In this document: positions 43,581 to 57,900 of the stretch, piece after piece
Layout: each line of letters opens with the position of its first letter
How positions within the stretch are numbered: position 1 is the first letter of the stretch
Assembly: GCA_017499595.2 (NCBI GenBank)
Contig: CM039004.1
Location: 372,001-436,000, forward strand
DNA from: Psilocybe cubensis
Lineage: Eukaryota
DNA length: 64,000 nt
Direction: 5' to 3'
Translations under genes and position numbers: made by a program
The notes under the pieces: generated by a model
Database searches by the model: none
What the model was told of the DNA's origin: nothing
Seen by the model: the letters and a program-made list of their open reading frames with translations, nothing else

Positions 43581-44213
43581 CAGATAGTCAAAGTGGAACT
43601 GAACGTAGAATATTCTATTATATTTTCAACAGAAGATAAACTTTGTACAGATTAAGTACCAGATTAAGATGTCGGAATGAACTCCAGTTTCATTTCCACT
43701 CGAACTGTACTTAGGAAATGCTCGTGTGTTAACCGGAAGACAAAATACGAGGAATTCAAGAGGAATTCTTCCAGTTAAAGTAAAAAAACACGCTGCAACT
43801 TTCTTAGTCAGGTCATGAACTAGTAGCGTAATTATCTACCTGGGTTATCTAGAAATCATTAATCAATCTTTTATATACCAAGGCCAAAATCAAAATATAG
43901 GACTGATTTCTAGTTAAATCAGACAGGTAATTATGCTGCATTTCTTTTTTGAATCTGTTTATTATCGTGCAATGTTGTGTTTATAAAAGAAGAAAATGGT
44001 GGAAGAATATGAATGGAAGAATTATCAAGAAGGATCATGTAATATATGATATAGGTGTGGTTGTTTCTTATTCTAGTCACAGATTAGGATCTAAGTTGTC
44101 ATCTTCAGAAGGAAGAACCTCTTGTATTTACTATTTTGTCTTCCATCTATTATACGAGCATTTTTTACAGTTTGATTTTTACTCAAATTGGTGGTTCATT
44201 CTGACACCTTGAT
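43581..44213. mobile_element. Degenerate copy of the foldback element 1 family, right arm interrupted by a ~370-bp insertion that itself contains a palindrome (~43826-43938)
   Basis: cagatagtcaaagtggaact...attaagtaccagat...gaatgaactccagt matches 7012-7128. ttccagttaa (~43770) and atacgagcatt...ttcattctgacaccttgat (~44152-44213) match the contiguous 7150-7221. Confidence 0.75.
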
Positions 44214-46206
44214 TAATGGTTGGAAATTGACACAAAAATGAAGAAAAGAGGGAGATATTCACTCTGCTTGTTTTTACATCCAACCTTCAGGAAAATGACT
44301 CAAAGCGACTTGCGAGTAGCTACGCATCATTGCAAACGTACAGTTCGGAAAGTATCGCGTGAAACGACTCGAAAATCTAAAAGTTTCGCGCTGACGCGCG
44401 CCTGTGCCCGTGATATATTGCGCAAAATGTTCCCGTCGCTTCCCTGTTTAATATAACACTTCCAAACTATGCTATTAACTGGCCATAAAGGGCTGCGACG
44501 AGCAGAATTTTGGTATGGATTACTAACGTGATCAACTGACCTACAGATTCAAATTCCCGTTTCTTGCATCCTGACACAGAGTTTTTCCCAAATCTTTTTA
44601 AATAGTAAAGTGTAGATTGTACGTAGGTATATAAATATGCAAAAATATTATGAAAATGATGCTAGGAAAGGTGTTAAACTTGATGATCTTCCGCCATCCA
44701 TCAAGCTAACATGGCATAAAATGCCAATTTTGTCTTGTCCACTTATGCTATCAACACAGAAATTGGTACACATCTTTAGTACAGTATTAACTTACTGTCT
44801 GCAAAGTTTCATTTCCTAAATCCAGTTCCTTGATTTTCCAGATGCCAAACGATGGAAATAGTGACATCTTGTAAAGTCACATTGATGTGTTTAAACTCCG
44901 TCTGAAACGCGTCGCGTCCTGTGTAATTGACGGCAACTTACTTAGATAAAAAAATTTCACCCCTACGTCGATGCAACTTACGCACATTTGTCTTATTATA
45001 CATGCTACTCTTGGAACTTTTACATACATTTACTTTTAAACATACATGCTAGCATTTGTAGTCTTAACCTTTTTTTTCTATGTACATAGTGTCTACTAGG
45101 AAGTTTAATAACTGGTTTATACTCTTTCTTAGACTGAAAAGTGCAGTATACGAAGATACAAAAACGCCCTGATTGTACGTGTGCCGTCTGAGCTTGAAAT
45201 CGGCACCGTGACTACGTGTGACGAAAAATTTGAATCTCTATGATTTTGGGTCCTTGCTGCCGCGGAAATGCGCCTGTTCCTCAACCGTTTGTGCTACGGG
45301 CGTAAAATTGAAATGAAAGGAGTGTATATGCTGTACTAGTATTGTGCAAAGTTTCAAGCAAGGATGGTGAGTGTACGTTCTGTAATTTACAACTTTGTTT
45401 AAATATTTGAATCTTCCTGATCGAGATAGTACTAGTTTCCGTGATTTTGCGGTCTTCAAGTTATATTTCCTCTCAGTAAAATTCATTGTCCGTGTAAATT
45501 TATCGAGTTTAATTTTATAATTACTCAAATCCAATTGCTCATTTCTATCGACATGAAAATGGCTATACTCAGTAAGCAAGGCTATCTAAACTCCGATAGG
45601 AGCCGATAATTCGGCACCCATTAAATCACAACTTAAGTACATAATCTTTAAAATTATAATAGGAGTTACTTATCACGGCAATTCGGCACATAGAACCCCT
45701 TTAAATTTCCGGCCCCCCCTTGTTCCTAAAATAAACTTCCTGATGGATGAGTCAGTTGCACGCTTGACCTGGGCCCCGACTCGAACTTTTCTTCAGACTT
45801 TTATCAACAACGCTGTCCTTCACAAAAATAACATCGAAATGGTTAAATGTCAATGTCTACATCATGTAGTGCCTAATTATACCACTCGCATGCAGCTCTG
45901 GGAAGGTTTCAAGTCTCGAACGGGCATCGATCCCCTCTTCATGTACTAGGTAGTCCTGGATCCCCTTGGACCAACCTTGGGCCTAACTCAAGACTTCCAG
46001 CCTTTAATGGCGTCCGTAGCCGTTGTCATGGATCAGTCATGCTTGTCCATATGAAATTCTTTTTGGTGCCAAGCGAGTGGAGTCGCCCCTCCATAAGTAT
46101 ACTCCAGTACCCCTCGGCGTAATTCCAATAATTTCTTTCTTCAACCACCACTCTCTACCCACCACTCTGACGAAAAGTAATACAGGTTTTCCCTGGTTAA
46201 CGAGCC

Positions 46207-48706
46207 ATGTTATCTCTGGGAACTCTTGTGTTGTGTCTTTCATCTATTTCTCTTTCAAGTCTCGTCCATGCATCCCCTGCGCATGAACCTCACTCTCATT
46301 TTAACCGCAATTTCCACAAACGAAACTACGTGACGCCAGACCAACGTTCCTCTTCTTATGACTATGTGATTATAGGAGGTGGACTGGCTGGCCTGGTGCT
46401 CGCCTCACGACTCTCTGAAGACTCGTCGAAAACTGTTCTTGTGCTGGAAGCTGGACCCAATGGAGATGCAGTTCCGACCAAACTCAGTACGTGATCAGTG
46501 CCTTATATCTCTGCTTTACAATCTCATTGATTTCCCCAAGATGTACCATCTTCGACGTACTATGATTCTTTGCTAGGGTCTGCACCTTATGATTGGGTGT
46601 ATAAGACGGTACCTCAACCGAATGCCGGGAACAGGAATCTAGCGTTGCCTCGAGGAAAAGTACGTCGCGAATCTATTTCAATTGCAAATGTCAGTTGACA
46701 AATTTTTTTAGGTTCTTGGAGGATCCTCAGCCGTGAATGGTATGTACCTCGTGCGGCCTGCGAAGAGCGAGGTAGACGCCTGGAGTACCCTCATCGCCCC
46801 TAACGACAAGACGGCCGCGGAAACTTGGAACTGGGACAATTTCTTCCCTGCTCTGAAAGAATTCGAAATTTTCACGCCCCCGCTCCCCGACGTCCAAAGT
46901 GTCGCGGGGATGAAGTACGACCCGGCTAGCCATGGAACAAGCGGAAAAGTCCACGCAACATACCCTGCTTAGTATGTCGGCCATTCCCTTCCGTTTAATT
47001 CTACGCTGTGTTTGACGATGCATGTTTCATAGCATGGTGCCCATCTCCAGCACGTGGTTGCCCTCCCTCGCAGGTGCGGGGATCCCAACGTCCCCCGACA
47101 CATACTCTGGAAACAATCTCGGCGGAATGTTCGCCTTGACTGCAGAGAACCCGTCAAACTGGACCCGTTCGTATTCCAAATCGGCCTATATCGATCCCCT
47201 CCCACCTCGCTCGAATCTGCACATCATCACCGATGCGACTGTGGAAAAGATCGTCTTTGCCGATAATGTAGTTGAGGGAGACCGCGTAGCAAGTGCCGTG
47301 CAATTCTCCACCGGAGCGGGAACCCCTGTCTTGTCCGTCAATGTGAACAAAGAGGCCATCCTTTGTGGAGGGACGTACGGAAGTCCGCATGTTCTCCTGT
47401 TGAGCGGTGTGGGGCCGAAGGATGTCTTGGACGGTGCCAAGGTACCAGTACAAAACGAACTCCCTGGCGTCGGGCAGCACTTGTCAGATCACTTGGTATG
47501 TTTCAGAACTTTTTGTCAACTCTTCGCCAGACTTACCGCGAGTTTAGTCTACTGGTGTTGCTTTCACAGCTACCGTAGACACCCAAGGTTCAATCAAGAC
47601 TTCTGGCACCTCATTCTCTGTAAGAGTCATCCTTTTTCACCGCTACTTGGTCTAAACTGTATCTGTCTTGTTCTACCAGCAATCAGTCGAGTTCAACTCC
47701 TTCGTGAACAGCGGTATCGCCTATGTCAATGGTTCCCGCCTTTTCAATGGCGACGCTAACTTCGCCGCGTTCCTGGATGGAATCAACGGCGCCTTGGATT
47801 CTTCCGCTTCGACTCTTGTCCCCAGTCAATACTCCCCTGTCGTTGAAGGGTATAAGACCGTTTACAAGACGGTCGCCAGCAACACCTACCCGACTACCGG
47901 ATTGATCGAGATCCTCTTCAGCATCAACTCACCAGGCGTTGTGAACATCCAGGTTGGACTCCAACAACCCCTCAGGTACGCCATTGTGTTTACATTCTCT
48001 TGTAAAATATTCTGAAGTAATTCTAGTCGCGGACGCGTCTACATCACCTCCCCATCCGTATACGATCCTCCCCTCATTGATCCTCAGTACTTCTCCCACC
48101 CCGCCGATATCACGGTGATGCGCCAGGCTATCAGACTCGTCCGCGAGATCGCCCAGCAAGCCCCTCTCAGTGACTCGCTGGCTGGTGAAGTGAGACCTGG
48201 TGCTGATGTCAACTCAGATGAGGACATTGAAAATTTCCTGCGGGGTGCCGTCGGCACTGAGTACCACCCTGCTGGAGGATGCGCTATGCTTCCCAAGGAC
48301 CAGGGCGGTGTCGTTGATGCCAAACTGAAGGTATATGGGCTATCGAACGTCCGCGTTGTCGACGCGTCTGTCTTCCCTGTCACCTTCTCCGCACACGTAC
48401 GTATATCTCCAGTTCGATTTGAAAAAGAATGTGTTGTTGACCGTCTTGTTTTTTTTTTACTTCCCTTAGTTGATGACGCCCACATACGCTCTTGCTGAGG
48501 TCGCTGCTGATATCATTATCAACGGGAACAAACCTACAAATACTGGTTCCGCCAACAATGGTTCAACCTCCGGTACTTCCAAGCCAGGTTCAACGACATC
48601 GGGCACACCAGATTCTGGAGCCTCCAAAACAGGAGCTGCCGTTGGCCTCGTATCATCATCCTGGCTCGGTCTCTTCGTACCGCTTCTCGCAGCTTTCCTG
48701 CTCTGA
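46207..48706 (+). CDS. GMC oxidoreductase (CAZy AA3_2), secreted, Ser/Thr stalk + GPI-like C-terminus; paralog 2
   Basis: [56 protein letters not shown] (shared with paralog 1), [19 protein letters not shown] and [16 protein letters not shown]. Confidence 0.95.
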
Positions 48707-49340
48707 TGATCGAACGGCCAATTCCGTTCGTATTCCGCTCCCCTTCATGCTATGATTATCCCTCCCCTCGCTTCGCTTTCACTCCCACCCCTACTCTCAC
48801 GGACAAATGTTGATTATTAGTTTCGACTTATTCCTTCATGCCAACCGTTATGGCATAGGACATAATAGTCTTTGTCGTTCTTTTCTCTTCCATTCGTTTA
48901 TTCATCGGATCTTCGTTCGGTTTTTTTACGATACATCTTACGGAATGGGATTTCAGACGGACTGCGCCAGCGCCTCCGACGACCCCGTTCTTCTTTCCCG
49001 CTTCTCATCTACCTGCATGGACTCGATTTAACTCACACACCCTCAGCGGCGCGACGCGAGCTTCTGAACGAAGCTCTGCACCCCTTGCTTTATGTACATA
49101 CATATCTTACTTTAACCCACTCACACGGACTCGGACTCGTTATGTAGCCGCTTTAATGTACTTTCAAAGCTTTCCTATATCCTTGTAGCAACCACGCATT
49201 TCGCCTGTAGATGGAAATATCATTCGGATCGTAATCATCTCGTACAGTATAGGCGAATGAAGTACAACGCGGTTATATAACGGACTCTCTGGCATTCGGC
49301 TGAAATTTCCATGTTTGTCAACACCTGAACATAACGTGTT

Positions 49341-51841
49341 TTATTTTCCAAAGCAAGGAAGCCACTCGTCCAACGCCAACTGGAAAAGACCCAGCCCCGT
49401 AAAGAATGGCTCCTGAGAAACGGGGCTGTAGAATCCTACAGTCTTAAAATCGCTGTGGTTGTCATCTGGAACAAGGAGCACACGCATGTCGGACACATGC
49501 ACCATGTTGTCGTATGTGATACCGAAAAATGTGGATGCGGAGGAGGACTCGGATAAAGGTTTGTTGCATCTGCATTAAATTTGAATGAATGAATGAACGA
49601 TTTGAATTTTATGTATTAGCATGATGCTTTTATTGCTGAGATTTGGATTGTGATGGACTTACGCAGGGATGATTGGTGAAGGTGTTCGTTTTGGAGAGTT
49701 GGATTCGATCGAAGCTAGCCCCATCGTTCTCCAAGGATCGACTGAAGACGAACGATTAAATTAATCAGCGTTAGTCATTGACGACGGTGATTTCGGGTGA
49801 AGTCCGAGGTACAGAAAGTAAGTGAGTAAGTGGCGTGCGTACTCACATTCTCCATTGGAAAACATAACGTTAGAGGGATTCATATTCCACCCGCCGTACT
49901 TATTCACATTTTGGACTTGAGGCGACGCAGGCAACCCCTTCCCGAAAGTCTGATTACACTGTTCCTGGAAAAGTTCAAGCGACAAAAAAGAGGTTTCAAT
50001 GGACAGAGGGTTGTTGGAATCCCCTCGTTGATAATAACCTACCAAGTAAATATACGGGATCAGAAAAAAAGAAAACAGGATCATGATTACTGGAATGAAA
50101 AAAAAAATCAAGGAGGAAGGGGGGCTTACCGTATTCTGAACAATACTGCCACATCCATGACCTGTCCTGCACGGGGTCATCCGCATTTCCAGGGATAGAA
50201 TCGTAGTCTATCTCAGCAATTGCGGTCAAAAAGGACTTGAATGCGGTATCAACACCGAATTGGGCAACAAGCCCCGACTCAAACGCAGCGCTTGTACCAT
50301 TCTGCGTTTCTAGGATGTTGCAGAATGGGAGTAAAGACGCTTTGAAGCCATAGTACTGGAATACCATGTCAGAAGCTTTGAAGGTTGTGATTTTATTGCC
50401 TTTTAGTACTTACTTGATAAAAGTCCAAGGGATCCATGAGAATGGAAGCTGCGTCGACGTTGCTCGTGTCCTTTGCAATCTGTAAAGTCAACCCAGCCGC
50501 CCCAGTCGTATTCCCTCCCGGCCCACTCAATCTAGCCTTCAACAGATCAAACTTCATGTTAACAATATCAGTCTCATTCCCTCCCTTGAGCGTATCATCA
50601 ACATGTCTATATCCGCCAATCAGCAGAAATATATCACAGAAAACCACGCGAAAGGACCCACCGGGTAACAGCGACCCAATCCGCCGAGCAATTCCTAGTC
50701 AAACTGCGCTCTGCCGCCTTATAATAACTGGACATGTCAACCTGCGCCTGGACCGGTGCAGACGACGCCCACGACGCGAAAATCGTGTCTGGATTGCGGA
50801 TTCTCATCAAAGCTGAGCGGATGCCTGGGTACGACCCGCCGAGCATTATCCATGGTGTGGTACTCGGATGGACGGGGAATTTTTGCAGTGGGGGAGGTGG
50901 TGGTGGTGGTGGTGATGATGGTGGGACAGTTGACGCGTTTGAGAATGGGGCAGCTTTGACCTTTTGACCTGGGAAGGAGTTAGCGAAGAAGACGATATCT
51001 TCAAGTGCCTGTTCCGTGTTCAGAAATTGCCATTGCTCCACTGTTGTATTTTCCTACAGCCGAGGGTTTGATAAATGAGTACATTAAAAGTTACTGGGAT
51101 TGTATTAGCAAGAAGTTACGTCGACTGACATTGACTGGGAACGGAAGCGACTTTCCATAAAACCGATGTTCCCACAGAATCGCGAGGCCGTTGTACCGCT
51201 TCGCCAATCTCATCACAGCGGAAAGGCCATGGAACTCCTGTGTAAGGGGTAAGAGTACTGTCAGTACAGTAGGTCCTGTCACTTTTCGGTAGAAAGCCGC
51301 TGTAATAGCACCTGCAGGTAATAAGGGACCAAAGGCTCTGCATCTTGTTCTCCCGAATCGAACACTTCATAATCAAGTTCAAGTTGCGAAATTCAGACAA
51401 CCATAAGATTCAGGAAAGCGTCATTTTCAGCTATGGGATGGATACGTACAGAACACCGGACCACCCTCTTTCCAATACGTCGCATTCACCCAAAACCTAT
51501 TCTGGAACGTCTCCGAGGACGGAGATCCATGCCCAAAATGATCAACAGGTAACTAGAACAAGAAAAAGCAATTTCAATTTTTCAAACCCGACGTCTGAAC
51601 ATCTTTTTAAACCATATAAACTTTGACAATATGTACTTACAGCTATAAATTCTGCCTCATTGATAACAGGTGGTTGATCGTGCGGTTTTGCCAGGTTCTG
51701 ATCCTGACGAATACCAATGCCGATACTAGGTGCTCTGAGAGGAATCTGCGGGCCATGCAATCCAACACTTGACCGAGCGAAAACTGTAACCTGGACCCCC
51801 AGCGCCAGGAGCGCGAGCCTGAATATAACACCCGAAATCAT
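49341..51841 (-). CDS. Secreted serine peptidase family S28 (prolyl carboxypeptidase/DPP7-like)
   Basis: Signal peptide. Motifs WEHRFYGKSLP, FLNTEQALEDI..FA, PWIMLGGSYPG (catalytic Ser), SSAPV, RSWMWQYCSEYG, NVMFSNGE.DPW (Asp) and VHVSD (His). Ends LDEWLPCFGK*. Confidence 0.92.
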
Positions 51842-52202
51842 TCTGCTGTCTAGTAGCTTAGACTCTGGAGTGCCAGTAAATGTGAACAAGTGCGAAGTAA
51901 TGAAAAACAGAAACCAGAAAACTCACACCCATCGTTTTCTCTTCGCTATCATATTATACCCCAGCAACGCATTCGAAGAACAAGCCATATGACTCGCGAC
52001 GTGTTATTTTGAGACTTGAATCGACAGCCGGATCGTGGTTCAGGACTGATAAGTTATCTTGAACTCACTCGGTCCGTCAGAAGAGCTTCTGCGTCACAGA
52101 GAGAAGAATTGTTGCCCATTGCCTATATATACCACGGTTGTGATAAAAGAAGGTAAGAAAATATCAACGCAAGGAAGGAGAGAAAGCAAAAAGCAAAAAG
52201 AC

Positions 52203-52276
52203 TGGCCAACGTGGGGATCGAACCCAAGACCTTCGCGTTATTAGCACGACGCTCTAACCAACTGAGCTAGTCGGCC
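52203..52276 (-). tRNA. tRNA-Ile (anticodon AAT), intronless
   Basis: The reverse complement GGCCGACTAGCTCAGTTGGTTAGAGCGTCGTGCTAATAACGCGAAGGTCTTGGGTTCGATCCCCACGTTGGCCA folds as a cloverleaf with A and B boxes. It is followed by T-rich Pol III terminator runs. Confidence 0.97.
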
Positions 52277-52625
52277 ATGCAACGTGTTGCAATGTTACGT
52301 TACGTAACGCTAAAGGGAGGGGAGCGGAACGAGGAAAAAAGACGAGTTAGAAAGCTGAGGTAGGATGAGATGAGATGAGATGAAAAAGAAAAGTACTCCG
52401 AGCCGAGAAAGTCGCGTAAGGCAAGCAAAGCGCCAAACGCGCTACGCACTCTTCCGTAGGTTTCCCATAATCTCACTACCCCGCTCCGAGTCTACAGTAA
52501 GCATTCTATATACACTACAAATACACATCGCAAGTACCTTCACAATTGCGAACTAATTTTTTACTTGTTTAATCCGAGCGTGAAGTTAGAATTAGCTTCA
52601 GCTTCAGAATTTGGAGGGCTACTGC

Positions 52626-53764
52626 TTAACCCTCATCCATTGTCTCCCCGCCTTCTCCGTCTTCGTCGCCTTCCCCATCTTCGCCGCCGTCTTCTTCTTG
52701 TGATCCGGACCACCACGCGACGGGTCCCAGACCCTGCTCCGCAATTGAACACTGCAAAAAACAACCATAAACTCTACCACACCACCAACTAAAGAAATAA
52801 AAAATTGAAGTAAATACTCACACAAACCAGGTACGGAGCCCGTCCTCCAGTTCCTGAACCCTCCTTACCAACACCTGCAAAGACGCCATCCACAGCCCTC
52901 GGCGGGCCCGGCTCGAAATCACAAAACTCGTCACTTTCCACACGCACACGCACGACTTCGCCTTGGTCGATGTACATCCGCGAGGAGAGGGGTGTGTCAA
53001 GGAGCTCGGTGGCGGTTGTCAGTGGTGAGTCGGGGATCCAGAAGTGTGCGCGTTCATTTGGGTCGCTGGGGTAAGTGAGTCAATGAAATGGTGTGAGAAA
53101 GCAAAAAGCTTACAATGCGGTGGGTTGTGGGAGGTATGACGCGGGGATATACATGTCATCGAAGAATCCGAGGGTGACTATAGTGCGACCCGATATGCAA
53201 CGCGAATACGAAGATGAAAATAAATGTGATTCCGATTCCGAGGTACGTTGCGGTTGGGACAGAACATGGGTAACGGAGTAAGTCGGTATGGGGATACGAA
53301 TGTGAAAGTAATGTAACGCAAAGTAAGTGTGAGTCATCCAGACTAGACGAAACGAGACTCACCGCGAATGCCGTCCTCGTCCGACGACTTGACTTTGCCA
53401 ATGAGCACTTCACTCGTGAAAGGTCTAAACACGACTAGACGAAAAACAACTGCATGCCATTTCATTCAATGCAATTCATTTAACTGAACACGGACACGCA
53501 CCTTTATACCACAATAGCCCATCTCCATACCTGACTTTCCCTTCTCCCGCCTGAGAGAGGTCGAAGACGCAGATGCACAGGCCGACGGTGTGTAGCACGC
53601 GGTTCGCGTATTTCTTGTTCAGTGCGGCGATGAGTGCGTCGGCCGGTGGTGCCCCAAAGGTAGAGGGGTGTAGCGGAATGGTGTCCTGTTGGGAGAAAAA
53701 CATGTTGAATATAGGTCCAACAGGCTAAAAGGATGCCCACCTTTACCACAGAAAGACAAAACAT
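52626..53764 (-). CDS. RPC25: RNA polymerase III subunit Rpc25 (RPC8/POLR3H)
   Basis: MFCLSVVKDTIPLHP...LNKKYANRVLHTVGLCICVFD...GDG...FRLVVFRPF.SEVLIGKV...LGFFDDMYIP...GEVVRVRVE...EQGLGPVAWW, then an acidic tail. Confidence 0.93.
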
Positions 53765-54921
53765 CGCTATTCTTGCGAGGCTTTCAACGTTTGTGTCAGT
53801 CTGGTATAGGTTATAAGGGAGTCCTGTAGCTTCAAGCTTTAAGTAGATGGGCAGCTTATGAGTTCATAAGAACGCCCTAGTGATCAGGTAAGGATGATAG
53901 TCTTGACAAGCAGAATGTAAAGGTCGATAAGATTTAGCAGGATCTAAGTTTCTTTTTGGATTCACGGTCAATTTTTGGTTCCGCTCTAAATCACGTGTTA
54001 AAGTATAACTCTCGTCACACTTTAGTCACATTGCCATTTCAAACTCAGACGGAATAAAGCGAACATGGGCCCCGCAGTGCGCTTTACGTACTAACTAGTC
54101 AGGATGTATATAATTTATTATTGGAGTTCTAATCTAGACAATTGCGACAGCAGTTCAATTACAATATGAATAATACGATATGAATAATACAATATGAATA
54201 TGAATATTCAGGCTCCGACATGAACGCGGCGACACTTAGGTAACGGCAATTCCCGCATCCGGTCGGATTCTTCTGTCAATCAGCGGACATCGTTCATTCA
54301 TTCGTACAGTCACGACGACATCGACCACAGACTTCCGTTTTGTGTTCCTACTATCTCGAACCGTTTGTAACATTCGGAAAGGTACGTTTTTTAACCTGCA
54401 CTTTATTTTGGAAAAGCAGGTATCGGTTGACCGACTGATTAGAAGTTTACAGGTCTGAAGGGGCACACTATCCAATTTACATTCACATCAACGCTAACGC
54501 TAACGTCGACCATACCACTACCAATACGACAATAGCTACGATCGCTACTATCTCTGACGTCTCATTGTGACCCGATAAACTCAACAAAACGACTGTAAGT
54601 TCAGTCAAAACTTCACCTATATCCCATCATGCTATTTTGTAAACTTTCTAATTAACCTTTTGTAGGACAGTATCTTTCCTGGAAGGTATTTACCCGGCCG
54701 ATTGGTATTTCCAAGAGCGCTCTGACCTATCTAACGAACGGCGTACGGTTTAGAAAACGGGAGACACAGAACAAGGATAGATTTGGAACGGGATTAGGAA
54801 CGAAAAAATTGAACAGGCAGAACAGAACAGACAGTATGTTGCATTCCGATTCACTCCGTGTATTCAGAACACGCTCGATTCAAAGGGAGGCAGCACACAT
54901 ATAATATTGTCGTCGTTCTTA

Positions 54922-57900
54922 ATGCAGTCTTCATCCCACTCGAGCTCGAGCTCAAATCCACGTATGGACTCCACCAGCTCGAGTTCAACGTCTCACTCGC
55001 ACTTGACTTCACCAAATGATACAGACATGCCATCTGACTCTCATCATCACCACCATCACCGGCATCGACAGCATCAACATCGTCACCACCACCACCACCA
55101 ACATACGGCGAACGACCCACGCGGGGATGCAAGTGTGCCTTCTTCTTCAGCAGTAGCTGCAACGGAAACAGCGAGGCCTCGAGACCAAGTCAAACGGCGC
55201 AGACGGCCAACGATATCGAATACCCCTCCATCTACGCTTACATCGACGACAGCGGCAGCCGCTAATTTAGAAACGAACGAACTCCCAGCACAGCATCCGA
55301 ACAACATCCTAATTGAAGACCCGCGGCGCGCATATCTCACCGCTGTCCTCGCAGCGTGCACACAATCAGAGCTACGTTTCCTCTTGCACGCTATCCCACC
55401 GCTTCTCACATCTGCCACCGAGTCTGCATCTCTGCAAACGCTTCCACCAGCACCTCCGACAGATCCGTTCACGCGCCTCCCACCCGAGCTCGCGCTGCAC
55501 ATCCTCTCTCTCACATACTGCGCACGCACTGTCACGCGCGCGACGCGCGTATCCAGGCGGTGGTACCGACTCGCGAGGGACGAGAGCGTGTGGCGGGTGA
55601 TGTGTGCTGTGTATGGGTTTGGTGGGTTCGAAGGCGCGCGCGGGGTATGGGAGGTTAGAGAGGGTAAGAAGCGGGAGCGAGAACGGCTGAGAGCGAGCAG
55701 GGAGGTGGAAAAGGAGAGGAAGGTCGAGGAGGAAATTGATGATGAGGAGGAAGAGGATGGCGAAAAGCTGTATGCGAAAATTAAAGCTGAGGAGGACGAG
55801 AAAAAGGGGAAGAAAAGACCTCATCATACAGAACATGTTAGCGCGTATACGTACCGCCGGCACTTCAAGTGCACGTATATCCTCAGTGCGTTGCATTCTT
55901 GTCTACTTCCCTTTTTTTCTTGTTTTCTTGTTTTGGTTTGGTTTGTGCTATCTGTTTTAGGGCCGGGAAAGAGATCACCAGAATCGGCGATGTACGACTT
56001 ATGTCACCAGGATTTTATAGTGATCCACCGGAGGTGGTTGATGAAGCGTCTCGTTAACATCATCCAACAAATCCAAACTGGCGCAGTTTCGCTCCACGAA
56101 ATCGAGTGTCGTCGCATGCTCTCCAAGATGAATTTAGGAACGACTCCTCATCATGTTCCAATGTTGTCATGATGGAGATGCTCATCCTACCATGGCTTCC
56201 TGCCAGAATGGTTTGATGGCGCCTATGAGTTTGGATACTGACGGCAAACTTTGACGACTTGTGGGCTCTGTCTTAACTTCTACCTTTTACATTTTACATT
56301 TCTATTCATTCTACCATCAATTTTTACCTCATTTTATTTATTTCAACTAACTTAAATACACAGGATCGAACTGGGAACGCGGCGGACACATCCTCAAAAC
56401 ACACGCGCTGCCCATCCTCACACCCTCACCCACACCTTCACCGTCCCTTGGACCCTCTTCGTCCTCCCACGCACACACCCATGCACATGCACACCTCCCA
56501 CCAAGTTCTGACTCAGGGACCGTCACAGCGCTCGCGCTCGACCGTGACTGGATCGTCGTTGGGTTCGCCAACGCGCTCGTGCGCGTGTATTCGGCAAGTA
56601 AAGGTGTGCTGTGCCGCACACTTGTAGGGCATAAGGCGGGGGTGTGGTGTGTATGTTTGGTTGGTGCTGGTGGGGTAGGAGACGGGGAAGGAGACGGAGA
56701 CGGGACTAGGAATGGAGATGGGGAGAAGGAGGTGCGGGAGGAAGAGGCACATGCGAGACACCACTCTGTGCCGACGCGTCGTCGCCGCTCGTCGGTATCT
56801 GTGTCTGTGTCTAAGCATTCCAAGCCGAAGAAAGAACATACGCACGCGCACGTTCATGGTCATGGACATCACCTCAAAGACTCGGCGTCAACAGCTTCAG
56901 CTTCAACATCATTATCGACGTCGGCATCCACATCCACATTGGGCCTATCGAAGGTGTCCAAGCTTACACTGTTCGACGGCGATGCGGATCCGAAGGGTAA
57001 GGGCAAGAGTAAGGATAACAGTAAGGGTGTGGATCGTAGTAAGAGCAAGAGCAGGAGCGCGCATGAGTTCAGGTTGTATTTGACCTCGAATTCAGACGCG
57101 GCCGCGGAGGAGGGAGAAAGAGAAGGGGGAGATCGAAAAAGCAAAGGAAAGGGGAAATTGAAAGAGCAAGAACATGCCAAAGACAGTACATCCAGCCTTG
57201 ACCGGACAACAGCCAGGAGCAAAACGAAGGTCAGTACACGGGACTCGGAGAGCGACAGCGCGTACCGCTCTGAAACTCGTGCACGGGCTCGCACGCAGCC
57301 GAGACTTCATAGCTCAGGTGGAACAAGCGGAACGGGCGTGATATCGCCTGCGATGCAACGCGCGTTGGGGTTGACGGATGTAGATGGGAGCAGTAGTGAG
57401 AGCGGTAGTAGCAGCAGCAGTGGCGAAGAGGAAGAGGAAGAGGATGACGATACAGAGGGTGAGATAACACGAGACGAAGAAGAAGAAGAGGAGGCTATGG
57501 CCTCTGCACCGCTGCTACGCCACGAGCGCAGAGGACAGGCTGAGGGCGAGGGTGAAGGTGAAGATGAAGTATACCCTACCTCTGCGCCCCCGTGGACATC
57601 CAGCAAACACCCATCGCGCCATAAGCGCCGGCACCGCGAGCGCCACGACCACGACCGGAATCATCGCCACAGGCGCTCGAGACGTGCCTCAACGTACGCT
57701 TTGCATGCGGACCCTGACCACAGCCAACAAAATTGGCGCGACTTTGGGGCGACAGGGGCACCAGATACCAGTGACACTATGGGCACCGGTACGGGCGCGA
57801 CGCGCGGATGGGGTCAGCCGCACGCATTGGTCGTGAGCGGGGGATGCGACAAGGTGGTGAAAGTGTGGGATGTCGTGTCTGGGTGCGTCAAGTTTTCTTG

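Noticed and set aside
44250-45700. AT-rich intergenic region with short ORFs
   Set aside because: No transposase or reverse-transcriptase motifs and no clear repeats were identified.
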